Shown here one piece after another: positions 46,112 to 54,945 of a DNA stretch of 64,000 bases; the stretch's first letter is position 1; every line of letters starts with the position of its first letter. Origin of the DNA: Elusimicrobia bacterium GWC2_61_19 (GTDB lineage: Bacteria > Elusimicrobiota > Elusimicrobia > Elusimicrobiales > UBA9959); assembly GCA_001799795.1 (NCBI GenBank), contig MGUD01000016.1, forward strand, positions 2,105-66,104. Direction: 5' to 3'. A model generated the notes under the pieces. It was given only the letters and a program-made list of their open reading frames with translations. It was not told the origin of the DNA and ran no database searches. A program made the position numbers and the translations under genes.

Positions 46112-47752
46112 TTACTTCGCCTTGAAGGTCTGTTTCAGTTTGGCGGCCACCAGGTCCATGTCGGCTATCATGCCTTTCTGTTCCATCTGGACAGCCTCGA
46201 TATTTACGGCGTCGGCCAGGTTGTTGCCGCTGTCAGCGGCGCCCAGCACCAGCGCCAGGCCTTCCAGCGCGGTATTAAGGGCGGCCTCACGGGCGAAAAC
46301 CCGCGCCATGGCCTGCCAGCCTTCCCGGTCGAACCGCACGGTCTCGGTATATTTCTGAGCGCCGGCGGCGGTGGAGAAGATGGCGGCGGTTTCGGCCGCG
46401 GCTATAAGCCGGCCCAGCTTGAACGAAACGTGCTGGTGGCGTGTGAGCTTCTGCACGCGGCACTCTTCCATTACCGCGCCCAGGGCCCGCAGCGCCAGCG
46501 CAGAGGCGTGCGCGCCGCAGCGCGGCTCTTTGGCGTGCAGCTCGTCGAGTTTGTCGGCCATATCCAGGTAATACCGGCCGCGGGATTTCAAATGTTCCTG
46601 CCAGCGGCCGCGGTAAATGGTCATCTCCAGCACTTCGCTGGTGCCCTCGTAGATGCAGGTGATCTTGATGTCGCGCTTGATCTTCTCTACGGGGAAATCC
46701 TTGGTGTAGCCGTAGCCGCCCAGCGCCTGGATGGCGTCGTCGGCCGCCTTGTTCCCCCACTCGGAAGCGCCGTACTTGGCGATGGCGCCCTCGGTCTGCA
46801 GCCCGTGTTCGCCCGAGTCCAGCCGCAGGGCGGTGTACTCTATATAAGACCTGGCCCCTTCCAGGCGCACATAATTAGGAACTATAAGTTTGTGGGTGTA
46901 GCCCTGCTTGTCGGAAAGGGGACCGCCGCCCTGGATGCGCTGCTGGCTGTAGCGGATGGCCTGTTCCACGGCTTCTTCGCCGGCGCCCAGGCCGAAAGCG
47001 GCCACCATCACGCGGGTATAGCCGAAAACGGCCTGCGCCTGCAGCAGACCCTTGCCTTCTTCCATCCCTATCAGGTTCTCCGCCGGCACGTAAACATTGT
47101 CCAGGGAAAGCCCGGCCGTGTTGGAAAGGCGGATGCCGTGCTTGTCCTCGTGCTTGTTGGCCGAGAAGCCTTCCATATCTTTTTCCACGATGAACCAGGA
47201 CGGGCCGCCCGGCGCCAGGGCCAGTACGGTGTGCATGTCGGCCACGCCGCCGTTGGAGATCCACTGCTTGTTGCCGGTGATGCGGTAGCCGGCGATCTTG
47301 CCGTTCTTCACCACGTGCTCGGCGCGGGTGCGCAGGTTGACCAGGTCGCTCCCGGCGTCGGGCTCGGTGGCCGCGTAGGCCACCAAAAGGTTCTCGCTGG
47401 CGATGCGCTTGAGCCATTTTTCCTTCTGCTCTTCCGTGCCGCCGACGTTGAGCGGATCGGTCCCGAGGAAAGTGGCGAACACGCCGGTGGCTATACCCAG
47501 GTCTATGCGGGCGAGCGCCTCGCAGATCCTGTAGATGTCGTAAGTGCCGCCGGAGACGCCGCCGTACTCCTCGGGGATCATCAGCAGGTGCACGCCCAGC
47601 GTATCGCGGTCGTACATTTCCTTAAGGATGTCGGCGGGGAATTCGTTCTTCTCGTCCAGCTCGCGGATCAGGTCGAAAGGAATGCGCCGCTTGGCGTACT
47701 CCCTGAGACTGTCCAGCATCAAGTTGCGTGAAATAGCGTCCATGCTTGCCAT
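46112..47752 (-). CDS. Acyl-CoA dehydrogenase with about 160-aa C-terminal extension
   Basis: 546 aa. ATEPDAGSD, QWISNGG and IYEGTSEV motifs. AAGGAG upstream. Confidence 0.9.
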   Translation of the reverse strand: MASMDAISRNLMLDSLREYAKRRIPFDLIRELDEKNEFPADILKEMYDRDTLGVHLLMIPEEYGGVSGGTYDIYRICEALARIDLGIATGVFATFLGTDPLNVGGTEEQKEKWLKRIASENLLVAYAATEPDAGSDLVNLRTRAEHVVKNGKIAGYRITGNKQWISNGGVADMHTVLALAPGGPSWFIVEKDMEGFSANKHEDKHGIRLSNTAGLSLDNVYVPAENLIGMEEGKGLLQAQAVFGYTRVMVAAFGLGAGEEAVEQAIRYSQQRIQGGGPLSDKQGYTHKLIVPNYVRLEGARSYIEYTALRLDSGEHGLQTEGAIAKYGASEWGNKAADDAIQALGGYGYTKDFPVEKIKRDIKITCIYEGTSEVLEMTIYRGRWQEHLKSRGRYYLDMADKLDELHAKEPRCGAHASALALRALGAVMEECRVQKLTRHQHVSFKLGRLIAAAETAAIFSTAAGAQKYTETVRFDREGWQAMARVFAREAALNTALEGLALVLGAADSGNNLADAVNIEAVQMEQKGMIADMDLVAAKLKQTFKAK

Positions 47753-47782
47753 TAATAACTCCTTAAAAAGGTGACTCTCCCG

Positions 47783-49273
47783 CTACGCTCTTACAGCTTC
47801 GCACGAGGCCAGATAGCCCTTGACCTCGCCGGTTATCTTTTCGGCGTAGGCCTTGTCCTCGAGCCCTTCGGCGTTAATAAAAACGTTCTCCGCGGCGCAG
47901 CGTATGGCCGCCTCCAGCTGGTAGCGGGCGCTGCGGTAATCGGAAACCACCTGCGGCGAGACGGACGTGCCGCAGACGATAAGCCCGGCCAGGGCCTCCG
48001 AGGACAGGCGCGCCGTTTTCAGGGGCACTTCGGCGGCGTGCTTCAGCGCGGCCTGCATCTTCACCTTGCGCTCGGGGTTATCCTTGGGGATCTTCATGGC
48101 CTCCATGAAGCCGTCGAAAGAGGCGGAATCCTCGGCCACGCAGTTCTGCAGGGCCACCTTGTGGGAGGCAAGGCGCTCGGCCAGCTCGCGCATGGCCGGC
48201 TTTTTGGCCTCGTCGAGTTTCTTGCTCCTCAGGCTTATCCCCAGCGCCATCTGGCCCAGCGCGCAGCCCATGGCCCCGTTCACCGCGGCGGCGGAACCGC
48301 CGCCGGGCGTGGGGTCGGTATTGGCCAGGGCGTCCACGAACAGGTTGGCGCCGGCCTGCCAGGAACTGAGCAGCTTCAGGAGCTTCGTCTCCAGCACCTG
48401 CTCGTCCTTCTTGAAATCCTTGACCTGCAGGGCTTCCACGGCGTAGTCGGTGATGGCGTCCTGGGTGGTGAGGCCGATAAGCTCGGTGCCGGTAATGGCG
48501 ATGTTCTTCGGCGCCAGTTCTTTGGCCAGTTCGTCCATCACGCGTTTTATGGAGGTGGTCCTGTAATCGGTCAGCACGGTGGACATCTGCACCTGGCCCT
48601 TGGACTCCAGGAAGATCTCCTTGGCGCGCAACGCCGGCAGGCCGCCGCCGGAGGTGCGTATCTTTTTAGCCAGCCCCTTGGCGAACTCCATGTCGGTGGT
48701 GGCCAGGTTGACGTTAAAATTCACTATCTGGTTGCGGGCGCCGACGGCCATAGCCCCGGCGGTGGGATGGATGCGGTTGGGGCCGAAGTCCGGCACCCTG
48801 GCGGGGTCCTTGCCTATCTCTTCCCTCAGGCCTTCGAACTGGCCCTTGCGCACCTTGGCCAGGTCCTTGCGGTGCTCGAACTTGGCGGCGCGGTCGTAGA
48901 GATACACCGGGATATTGAGCTCCCGGCCTATGCGCTCGCCGGCGGTCTCGGCCAGTTTAATGCAGTCTTCTATCGTGGAATCCATTATGGGGATGAAGGG
49001 GGCCACGTCGGTGGCGCCCATGCGGGGATGCTCGCCTTTGTGGTGGTTGAGGTCTATAAGCTGGGCGGCTTTCTTCGTCACGGCGAACATGGCGTCAGCC
49101 GCGGTCTCCACGGGGGCTATAAAAGTGAGGACGGTGCGGTTATGGTCCGCGTCTTTCTCAACGTCCAGCACCAGCACGCCCGGGACGGACCTGGCGGCAT
49201 CCACGATGGCGTTGATCTTGGCCAGATCTTTTCCTTCGCTGAAATTAGGCACGCATTCCACGAACTTTCCCAT
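47783..49273 (-). CDS. ftcD: Fused glutamate formiminotransferase / formiminotetrahydrofolate cyclodeaminase
   Basis: 496 aa. N-terminal VECVPNFSEGKD formiminotransferase signature. C-terminal third has TPGGGSAAA, typical of cyclodeaminase. Confidence 0.85.
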   Translation of the reverse strand: MGKFVECVPNFSEGKDLAKINAIVDAARSVPGVLVLDVEKDADHNRTVLTFIAPVETAADAMFAVTKKAAQLIDLNHHKGEHPRMGATDVAPFIPIMDSTIEDCIKLAETAGERIGRELNIPVYLYDRAAKFEHRKDLAKVRKGQFEGLREEIGKDPARVPDFGPNRIHPTAGAMAVGARNQIVNFNVNLATTDMEFAKGLAKKIRTSGGGLPALRAKEIFLESKGQVQMSTVLTDYRTTSIKRVMDELAKELAPKNIAITGTELIGLTTQDAITDYAVEALQVKDFKKDEQVLETKLLKLLSSWQAGANLFVDALANTDPTPGGGSAAAVNGAMGCALGQMALGISLRSKKLDEAKKPAMRELAERLASHKVALQNCVAEDSASFDGFMEAMKIPKDNPERKVKMQAALKHAAEVPLKTARLSSEALAGLIVCGTSVSPQVVSDYRSARYQLEAAIRCAAENVFINAEGLEDKAYAEKITGEVKGYLASCEAVRA

Positions 49274-49336
49274 ATTAGCCTCCCAAGCGTCAGGCGCGGG
49301 ATGCCGGTACGGCGCAAACCCGCTTTATATATATAA

Positions 49337-49342
49337 ATTATA
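49337..49342 (-). promoter_or_regulatory. Candidate -10 box (TATAAT on the minus strand) for the ftcD-acad-etfBA string
   Basis: Plus-strand attata at 49337-49342. Lies downstream of the 49398-49426 hairpin and 63 nt upstream of ATG 49273. The -35 is weak (TTCTCT). Confidence 0.35.
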
Positions 49343-49390
49343 CTAATTAGGGCGGCAGGAGAGAAATACCGAAAAGCGGCCCGTGAGGCC

Positions 49391-49426
49391 GTAAAATGCG
49401 ATAACCCGCTTTTGGCGGGTTATCGC
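49391..49426 (-). terminator. Probable intrinsic terminator after the OMP gene
   Basis: Perfect 12-bp stem gcgataacccgc / gcgggttatcgc with a 5-nt loop. On the minus strand it is followed by AUUUUAC. Confidence 0.5.
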
Positions 49427-49498
49427 TTCCCCAACCTTCGGGGAGTTCACAGTTGGAGGCCGTTAATACCGGCGTCCATACATATTATAATAGATATC

Positions 49499-49514
49499 CC
49501 TTGACTTGTCAAGG
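49499..49514. promoter_or_regulatory. Perfect 16-bp palindrome CCTTGACTTGTCAAGG, 1 nt downstream of the OMP stop codon
   Basis: Read directly. It shares the GTCAAGG half-site with the sequence flanking the 24744-24755 palindrome. Confidence 0.25.
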
Positions 49515-49515
49515 C

Positions 49516-50154
49516 CTACTTCTTATCCTTCCAGACGCCGTAATGCAGGACCAGCATGACGTTGAGATTATCGGCGGAATCAAGGTTGAAATTCGATCCC
49601 TTCATGTTGAAGATATGGTGCCAGCGCAGGTCCAGGCCCAGGAGAGTTCCCCACCAGAAAGGGTAGGCCACGCCGCCGCCCAGGCTCAGGCCCGCGCTGG
49701 AACCCGAATCCGACCCGTAGCGCGTCCCACCCGACGTGAAGGCCGGCTGGCTCCACTGATAAAGCCCCGCGCCCAGCACACCATAGAAAAGTTTTTCCCC
49801 CTCGAGGTAAGAAACCTTCGCGAAAGGCCCCATGGAAAACACCTTAAGCCCCAGGTCCTTCATGACGCGGTTCTCATGCCGCAGGGAGTAAGAGGTCTCC
49901 AGGCCGTAACTCAGGAGCTCATCCACCCGCTTGGAAGCTGCCAGGCTGAAAACGTTTGAAGGTTTAAAACCCGCGTCCTTATCCCCCCAATGGCCGCCAA
50001 AAGGCACCGCCCAGCCCCCGCCGGCCGACACATAGCCCGCCAGGTACCGGGTGGGTTCCGGCAGGTCCTCCAGGCCGGGCAGGCCGGCGGCGCCCTGCGC
50101 CCCCGCGGTCCGGGCGCAGGCCAGCAGACCGACGGCCAGGAGCAGGCCCCTCAT
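49516..50154 (-). CDS. Small outer-membrane beta-barrel protein (OmpW/OmpA-barrel-like)
   Basis: 212 aa. Signal MRGLLLAVGLLACARTAGAQG. Gly/Tyr/Ser-rich alternating strands. The start overlaps the upstream stop (ATGA). Confidence 0.5.
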   Translation of the reverse strand: MRGLLLAVGLLACARTAGAQGAAGLPGLEDLPEPTRYLAGYVSAGGGWAVPFGGHWGDKDAGFKPSNVFSLAASKRVDELLSYGLETSYSLRHENRVMKDLGLKVFSMGPFAKVSYLEGEKLFYGVLGAGLYQWSQPAFTSGGTRYGSDSGSSAGLSLGGGVAYPFWWGTLLGLDLRWHHIFNMKGSNFNLDSADNLNVMLVLHYGVWKDKK

Positions 50155-51236
50155 TTCGCGTCTCCGGGCACAACGCCGATGCCGGCCTTTACGCGGTCCA
50201 GGGAATAGACCCCGTCTTTGGAGAGGAAGCCGCCGCCGCGCATGCCGCTGTCCTTGATGAAGAAAGGGGTATCCAGGTCGATAAAATCGAAACCGCCCAG
50301 CCCGCCGGCGAAATGAGCCGCCGCCGCCGAAGCCAGTTCGCTCTCCAGCATCTCCCCCATCATCAGTTTTATCCCGGAGGCGCGGGCCAGCGCCCAGACC
50401 TCGCGCGCCCTGAGGAACCCGAGCTTGGTGAGCTTTATGTTCACCGCGCTGACGGCCTTGCGGCGGATCAGGTTAAAAACATCGTCCAGGGAATAGGCGG
50501 ATTCGTCGGCGCAGACGGGCATGGCTAATTTGCGGGTAAGATAGGCGAGCCCGTCGATATCGTCCTTCGGCACGGGCTGTTCCAGGACCTCCGGGCGTAT
50601 GCCGCGGCGGGCAAGGTCGTTGATGAATTTTTCGGCTTCCTTCGCGCCGTAGGCGCAGTTGGCGTCCAGGTAGATGGCGGAGGCCGGCGCGGCCTTATGC
50701 ACCGCCTCCAGGCGCCGGAAATCCTCGTCCATGTCGGAGCCGGTCTTTACCTTGAAAATATGGAACCCGTCCGCGCGCATTTTCTTCGTAAAAGTGTAAG
50801 CGGCGTCGGCCCCGCCGATCACTACCGTTATATCCGTTTTAAGTTCAGGGGAACGGGCGCCGAATAATTTCCAGAGCGAGATCCCCTGCAGGCGGGCGGC
50901 CAGGTCCAGCACGGCCATCTGCGCGGCCGCCAGCGCGGCCCTGTTGTCGTCCAGCTCCGCTTCCAGGAGACACATCGCGCCCAGGTAGTTGGCCGCATCG
51001 CGGCCCGCCAGCAGCGCCCCGGCCCGCCGCAGGTTCTTAACGGTGCGCTCCCTGGTTTCGCCGGTGATATGCGTGGCGATGGCGGCTTCGCCGTAGCCCT
51101 TTACGCCGCCCGCAGCCTCCAGCGTGAAGACGGCGTTCTCGAGGCTTTTGTGGCTGCCGCTAGAGATGGTGAACGGGGTGAACAGCTGGGCGTCCAGCTC
51201 GCGCACGGAAAATTTTTTAATAATGGTATCTTTCAT
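50151..51236 (-). CDS. Enolase-superfamily dipeptide epimerase (L-Ala-D/L-Glu epimerase-like)
   Basis: 361 aa. KxK motif FKVKTG. Metal ligands in DANCAY, LEQPV and ADES. Confidence 0.75.
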   Translation of the reverse strand: MKDTIIKKFSVRELDAQLFTPFTISSGSHKSLENAVFTLEAAGGVKGYGEAAIATHITGETRERTVKNLRRAGALLAGRDAANYLGAMCLLEAELDDNRAALAAAQMAVLDLAARLQGISLWKLFGARSPELKTDITVVIGGADAAYTFTKKMRADGFHIFKVKTGSDMDEDFRRLEAVHKAAPASAIYLDANCAYGAKEAEKFINDLARRGIRPEVLEQPVPKDDIDGLAYLTRKLAMPVCADESAYSLDDVFNLIRRKAVSAVNIKLTKLGFLRAREVWALARASGIKLMMGEMLESELASAAAAHFAGGLGGFDFIDLDTPFFIKDSGMRGGGFLSKDGVYSLDRVKAGIGVVPGDAK

Positions 51237-52378
51237 TCTGCCGCCTTTTTCCCGGGGGTAACTTCGCGTCCGAGGACCATCAGCACCACCACCACAAGGA
51301 AGATCATGACGCTCTGCGCCAGCAGCAGCCAGGTGCCCAGCGTAGAGGCGGTGTGGCGTATGGTCCAGGCCCCCAGCCCGAGACAGATGTTCAGCAGCAC
51401 GATGAAACCCACGGTCTGCTCCACGTCGAGCCCCAGCTTCATGAGCCGGTGATGAAAATGGTCCTTACCGGTATACTCAAGCCATTGCCTGACGCTCTTC
51501 ACGCTGCCGTTGCGGACGCGCGAAACGGTGGTGTAAATAATATCGAAGACCGGGATGCCGAGCACAAGCAGCGGCGTGGAAAAGGAAACTGCCGGATTGT
51601 CGGTGGCCCACCCGCCGTAAAGCGCCAGACAGCCGAGTATGAAGCCTATAAAGGTTGAGCCGGAATCTCCGAGGAAGACGCGGGCCGGGTGCCAGTTCAT
51701 GCGCAGGAACCCGGCGCAGGCCCCGGCGAGCGCCGCCGAGATGAAGGAAAGCGGATACTGACTGGAATTCCAGCCGATGCCCAGGAAAAGAAGGGCGCAG
51801 ATGAACCCCATGCTGGACGCCAGTCCGTCTATGCCGTCCATGAAATTGAAAGCGTTGACTATGCCGACCAGCCAAAGCACCGACAGGACGGTGGAAATAA
51901 CCAGTCCGAACGGGAGCTTGAGCGGGAAGTTGAAGTAAAGGCCGAAGAAGGTCACCACCAGCGCGGCCGCCACCTGCCAGAACAGGCGGGTCCGGGCGGA
52001 AAGCCCTTTCCAATCGTCGAAGAAGCCCAACAGGAATATTATCGTGCCGCCCAGCATTATCCCGTAGATCTCTTTTGAGAACTGCTGATTGCGGACCATC
52101 GCCAGCATGAAGCCCAGGTAAACGGCGAGGCCGCCGATGCGGGGAACCGGGGAAGTATGGACCTTGCGCGCGTCGGGATGATCTATGGCGCCTATCCTGA
52201 CGGCCAGCCAGCCGCTGACGGGGGCCAGCAGGAACACGGCTGCCATGGCGATAAAGAAGAGGTAGGTCCAGCGCAACCCCTCGGTCCAGGTCCAGGCGGA
52301 AAAACCGCCCGCGGGGAGCACCACCAGCAGGACGGCCAGGACGGTAAAAGAAATAAGACCGCCCTGGCGCTTCCTCAT
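51233..52378 (-). CDS. Polyprenyl-phosphate N-acetylhexosamine-1-phosphate transferase (WecA/MraY family, GT4)
   Basis: Internal ATG 52378 chosen (MRKRQGGLISFTV...); it overlaps the PIG-L stop (ATGA). The 124-codon ORF-track extension is Arg/Pro/Gly-rich and lies inside the PIG-L gene. Motifs DDWKGL and NAFNFMDGIDGLA. Confidence 0.85.
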   Translation of the reverse strand: MRKRQGGLISFTVLAVLLVVLPAGGFSAWTWTEGLRWTYLFFIAMAAVFLLAPVSGWLAVRIGAIDHPDARKVHTSPVPRIGGLAVYLGFMLAMVRNQQFSKEIYGIMLGGTIIFLLGFFDDWKGLSARTRLFWQVAAALVVTFFGLYFNFPLKLPFGLVISTVLSVLWLVGIVNAFNFMDGIDGLASSMGFICALLFLGIGWNSSQYPLSFISAALAGACAGFLRMNWHPARVFLGDSGSTFIGFILGCLALYGGWATDNPAVSFSTPLLVLGIPVFDIIYTTVSRVRNGSVKSVRQWLEYTGKDHFHHRLMKLGLDVEQTVGFIVLLNICLGLGAWTIRHTASTLGTWLLLAQSVMIFLVVVVLMVLGREVTPGKKAAE

Positions 52379-53004
52379 TTCGTGCTGCCCAGAAGGTAGT
52401 CGAGGAGCAGGCGGCGCGGCACGAAACCCTCGGCGTATTTCACCCGGTCCTGATAGCCGCGGAACATCGCCGCGGCCTTGGCGCTTTCTATTATGGAAAG
52501 GTTCTTCACCCGCGTCTTGTAGACCTGGGAGCGGTGGCACTTGAGCAGCCCGACTTTCTTGTTTATCACGGGACCGATATCCACAAAAACGCCCGGGTTG
52601 AACTCCAGCGTGGTGGGCACCTCGTAGAAAAGAAGGTTCTGTATGTAGCGGGCGGCGGTCTCCACGGCTTTCGCCACGCTGCGGTGGTCCTGGTGCGTGT
52701 CCGCGACGTGGTTGACAAAAACCAGGTCGGGCTTGACCTCTTCCACGCATTTTTCCACCGAGCGGATGAGCTCGCGCGTCAGGGAGACCCCGGTGTCCTC
52801 GAAGCCGCCCCAGTAAAGTTTGGCCTTAAGCAGCGCGGCGGACCGCTCCTGCTCCGCCAGGCGCAGCCTGGGGTCGCCGCCGACGGACCCCCGCGTCATC
52901 ACGAGCATGTTTATCTTATGACCCTTGGCCATAAGTTTGTGGAAAGTCCCGCCGCAGCCGAATTCAAGATCGTCCGGGTGCGCGCCTATGCCGAGAATTT
53001 TCAT
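52375..53004 (-). CDS. PIG-L/LmbE-family N-acetylglucosaminyl deacetylase
   Basis: 209 aa. GAHPDDLEFGCGG and HQDH motifs. Confidence 0.85.
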   Translation of the reverse strand: MKILGIGAHPDDLEFGCGGTFHKLMAKGHKINMLVMTRGSVGGDPRLRLAEQERSAALLKAKLYWGGFEDTGVSLTRELIRSVEKCVEEVKPDLVFVNHVADTHQDHRSVAKAVETAARYIQNLLFYEVPTTLEFNPGVFVDIGPVINKKVGLLKCHRSQVYKTRVKNLSIIESAKAAAMFRGYQDRVKYAEGFVPRRLLLDYLLGSTK

Positions 53005-53021
53005 CGTTTCCCCTGGTCGCT

Positions 53022-53819
53022 TTACCTGCTGCTCTCCACGCCTTCGGCCACGAGTTCCGCGGTTATGGTCTTTTCACCTTTGGAGAAGGCCGTCAGCATG
53101 CTCATATTGGCTATGTTGTTGATCTGGCGGGGTATGCCGCCGGACCGCTCGAAGATCAGGTCCATTGCCTGCTCGTTAAATATGTTTTCCGTGAGCCCGG
53201 CGACTTCCAGCCGGTGGGCGACGTACTTCCTGGTTTCCTCGAAATCCAGCGGCTTAAGGTGGTAGCTCAGGGTGATGCGCTGGCTGAACTGCTTGTTGGA
53301 ATCCAGTTTTTCCTTAAGCTCCGGCTGGCCGCTGAGGATGAGCGTGAGCAGGAACCTGGTCTCGGTCTGAAAATTCAGCAGCAGCCGCAGCTCCTCGAAA
53401 ACGTTCTCGTCGTTTATCAACTGGGCCTCGTCTATGGCCACCACCACGTGTTTGCCGTCCTGGAAGGTATCGCGCAGGAAGCGCTCTATCCCCATCAGCA
53501 CATCTTCCTTGGTCTTGGGCACGTTGTAGCCGGTAAAATTATGCAGGATCGTCTTGAGCAGCCCCAGGTCGTCCAGGCGCGGGTTGTGCACGAAAGAGAA
53601 AACGTAGCCCTTCTTCTTGAACTGCCGCTCCAGCGACTTCAGGATCAGGGTCTTGCCGGTGCCGTAAGCGCCGGTGATGACCGCGCAGGCCTTCTTTTCG
53701 TCCACCACATAGGAGAGCCTGGAGAAAGCTTCGTCGTGCTCCTCGGAGTCGAAGAAGAATTCCGTGTCGGGGGTGTTCTCAAAAGGCAGTTTTTTCAGGT
53801 TCCAGTGCTTCTGGTACAT
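53022..53819 (-). CDS. ExeA/GspA-like AAA ATPase
   Basis: 265 aa. Walker A GAYGTGKT and Walker B VVAIDEAQ. SGQPEL and GGIPRQIN motifs are typical of ExeA-type ATPases. Confidence 0.75.
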   Translation of the reverse strand: MYQKHWNLKKLPFENTPDTEFFFDSEEHDEAFSRLSYVVDEKKACAVITGAYGTGKTLILKSLERQFKKKGYVFSFVHNPRLDDLGLLKTILHNFTGYNVPKTKEDVLMGIERFLRDTFQDGKHVVVAIDEAQLINDENVFEELRLLLNFQTETRFLLTLILSGQPELKEKLDSNKQFSQRITLSYHLKPLDFEETRKYVAHRLEVAGLTENIFNEQAMDLIFERSGGIPRQINNIANMSMLTAFSKGEKTITAELVAEGVESSR

Positions 53820-53831
53820 GAATAATATTTA

Positions 53832-53837
53832 ATTATA
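53832..53837 (-). promoter_or_regulatory. Candidate -10 box (TATAAT on the minus strand) only 12 nt upstream of the exeA-like ATG
   Basis: Plus-strand attata at 53832-53837. No Shine-Dalgarno between it and ATG 53819. This would give a leaderless or very short-leader mRNA. Confidence 0.3.
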
Positions 53838-53892
53838 TATAGCGGGGGAAAGCAACAGAAGACTGGCCCGTTATTTCGTCCGGACGATGTTA

Positions 53893-54945
53893 TCAGGCCA
53901 GCTTGCCGCGCAGGTAGTCGGCGCGCAAGGCGTCGCGCTCGTCGGGATTCAGGGCCCGCCCGGCGGCGGCCTGTATGTGCGCCGGCTGCAGCAGCAGGGT
54001 GACCTGGTTGAAGGTGCTGAAATCCACGCCCATATTCCAGCCCATGGCGGCGCCCATGCGGGCCAGCGAGATGTTCTGCATGAACTCCTCGTAGGAAAGC
54101 CGGCGGGCGTGTTTAAGCAGGCCCAGCGCCCTGAAAACCGCGTCCTCGGTCTTCAGCTTGAGCGGCCCCTTAAGCATCTCTTCCCGGGCCGCTATCTCCT
54201 GGCGTATCAGGTTGCGGATCACGCGGTCTATGTTCTGGCAGAAATCCTCTTCGCTGCGGCCCAGACAGGTGGCGTTGGAGATCTGGTAGAAGTCCCCGAG
54301 CACGTACGTCCCCTCCCCGTAGATACCCCGCGCCGTCACGCCCAGGTGCGAAAGGTTCTCCAACACGGCCGGCATGCGCCCCAGGCGCGAGAGCGCCGGC
54401 AGATGCGCCAGGCAGGAGACCCGCATACCGGTCCCGACGTTGGTGGGGCAGGCCGTTAAAAATCCGAATTTGCCGCCGTAGGCGAAAGGCAGCTCGCGCC
54501 CCAGCGCCGAATCCAGCTTGAGGGCCGCCTTGAAGGAGTCCTCGATGGCGAACCCGGAGTTAAGGCACTGCAGGCGCAAATGGTCCTCTTCGTTTATCAT
54601 CACCGAAAGGTCCTCGTCGTTGGCGACCGCGGCGCCGGAGGGCAGCACGGAGGCGGCCAGCGCGTGGGAAATATGGTGCCGCTCGACCAGGAAACGCTTT
54701 TCCAGCTGACTGAGCGCCTCGGTCTTAAGGAAATGGCCGCGGGAGAACAGACCGCTGTCCCTGGCCGCCGCCAGCGCCAGACGGCGTATCTCCGCCAGCT
54801 GGCGGGGCTCGGCGCGGTTGGGGAAGGGAAAGCCGGCCAGGTTACGGGCGAAACGGACCCGCGTGGAAAAGATCATATCGGGCCAGGCGCCGCGCGCGTT
54901 GGCCCAGGTGACCTGGGGGCGGAAGCTTTTTATAACCTCAGCCAT
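53893..54945 (-). CDS. mcsB: Protein arginine kinase (ATP:guanido phosphotransferase)
   Basis: 350 aa. RVRFARNL, EEDHLRLQ and CPTNVGTGMR motifs. Confidence 0.9.
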   Translation of the reverse strand: MAEVIKSFRPQVTWANARGAWPDMIFSTRVRFARNLAGFPFPNRAEPRQLAEIRRLALAAARDSGLFSRGHFLKTEALSQLEKRFLVERHHISHALAASVLPSGAAVANDEDLSVMINEEDHLRLQCLNSGFAIEDSFKAALKLDSALGRELPFAYGGKFGFLTACPTNVGTGMRVSCLAHLPALSRLGRMPAVLENLSHLGVTARGIYGEGTYVLGDFYQISNATCLGRSEEDFCQNIDRVIRNLIRQEIAAREEMLKGPLKLKTEDAVFRALGLLKHARRLSYEEFMQNISLARMGAAMGWNMGVDFSTFNQVTLLLQPAHIQAAAGRALNPDERDALRADYLRGKLA

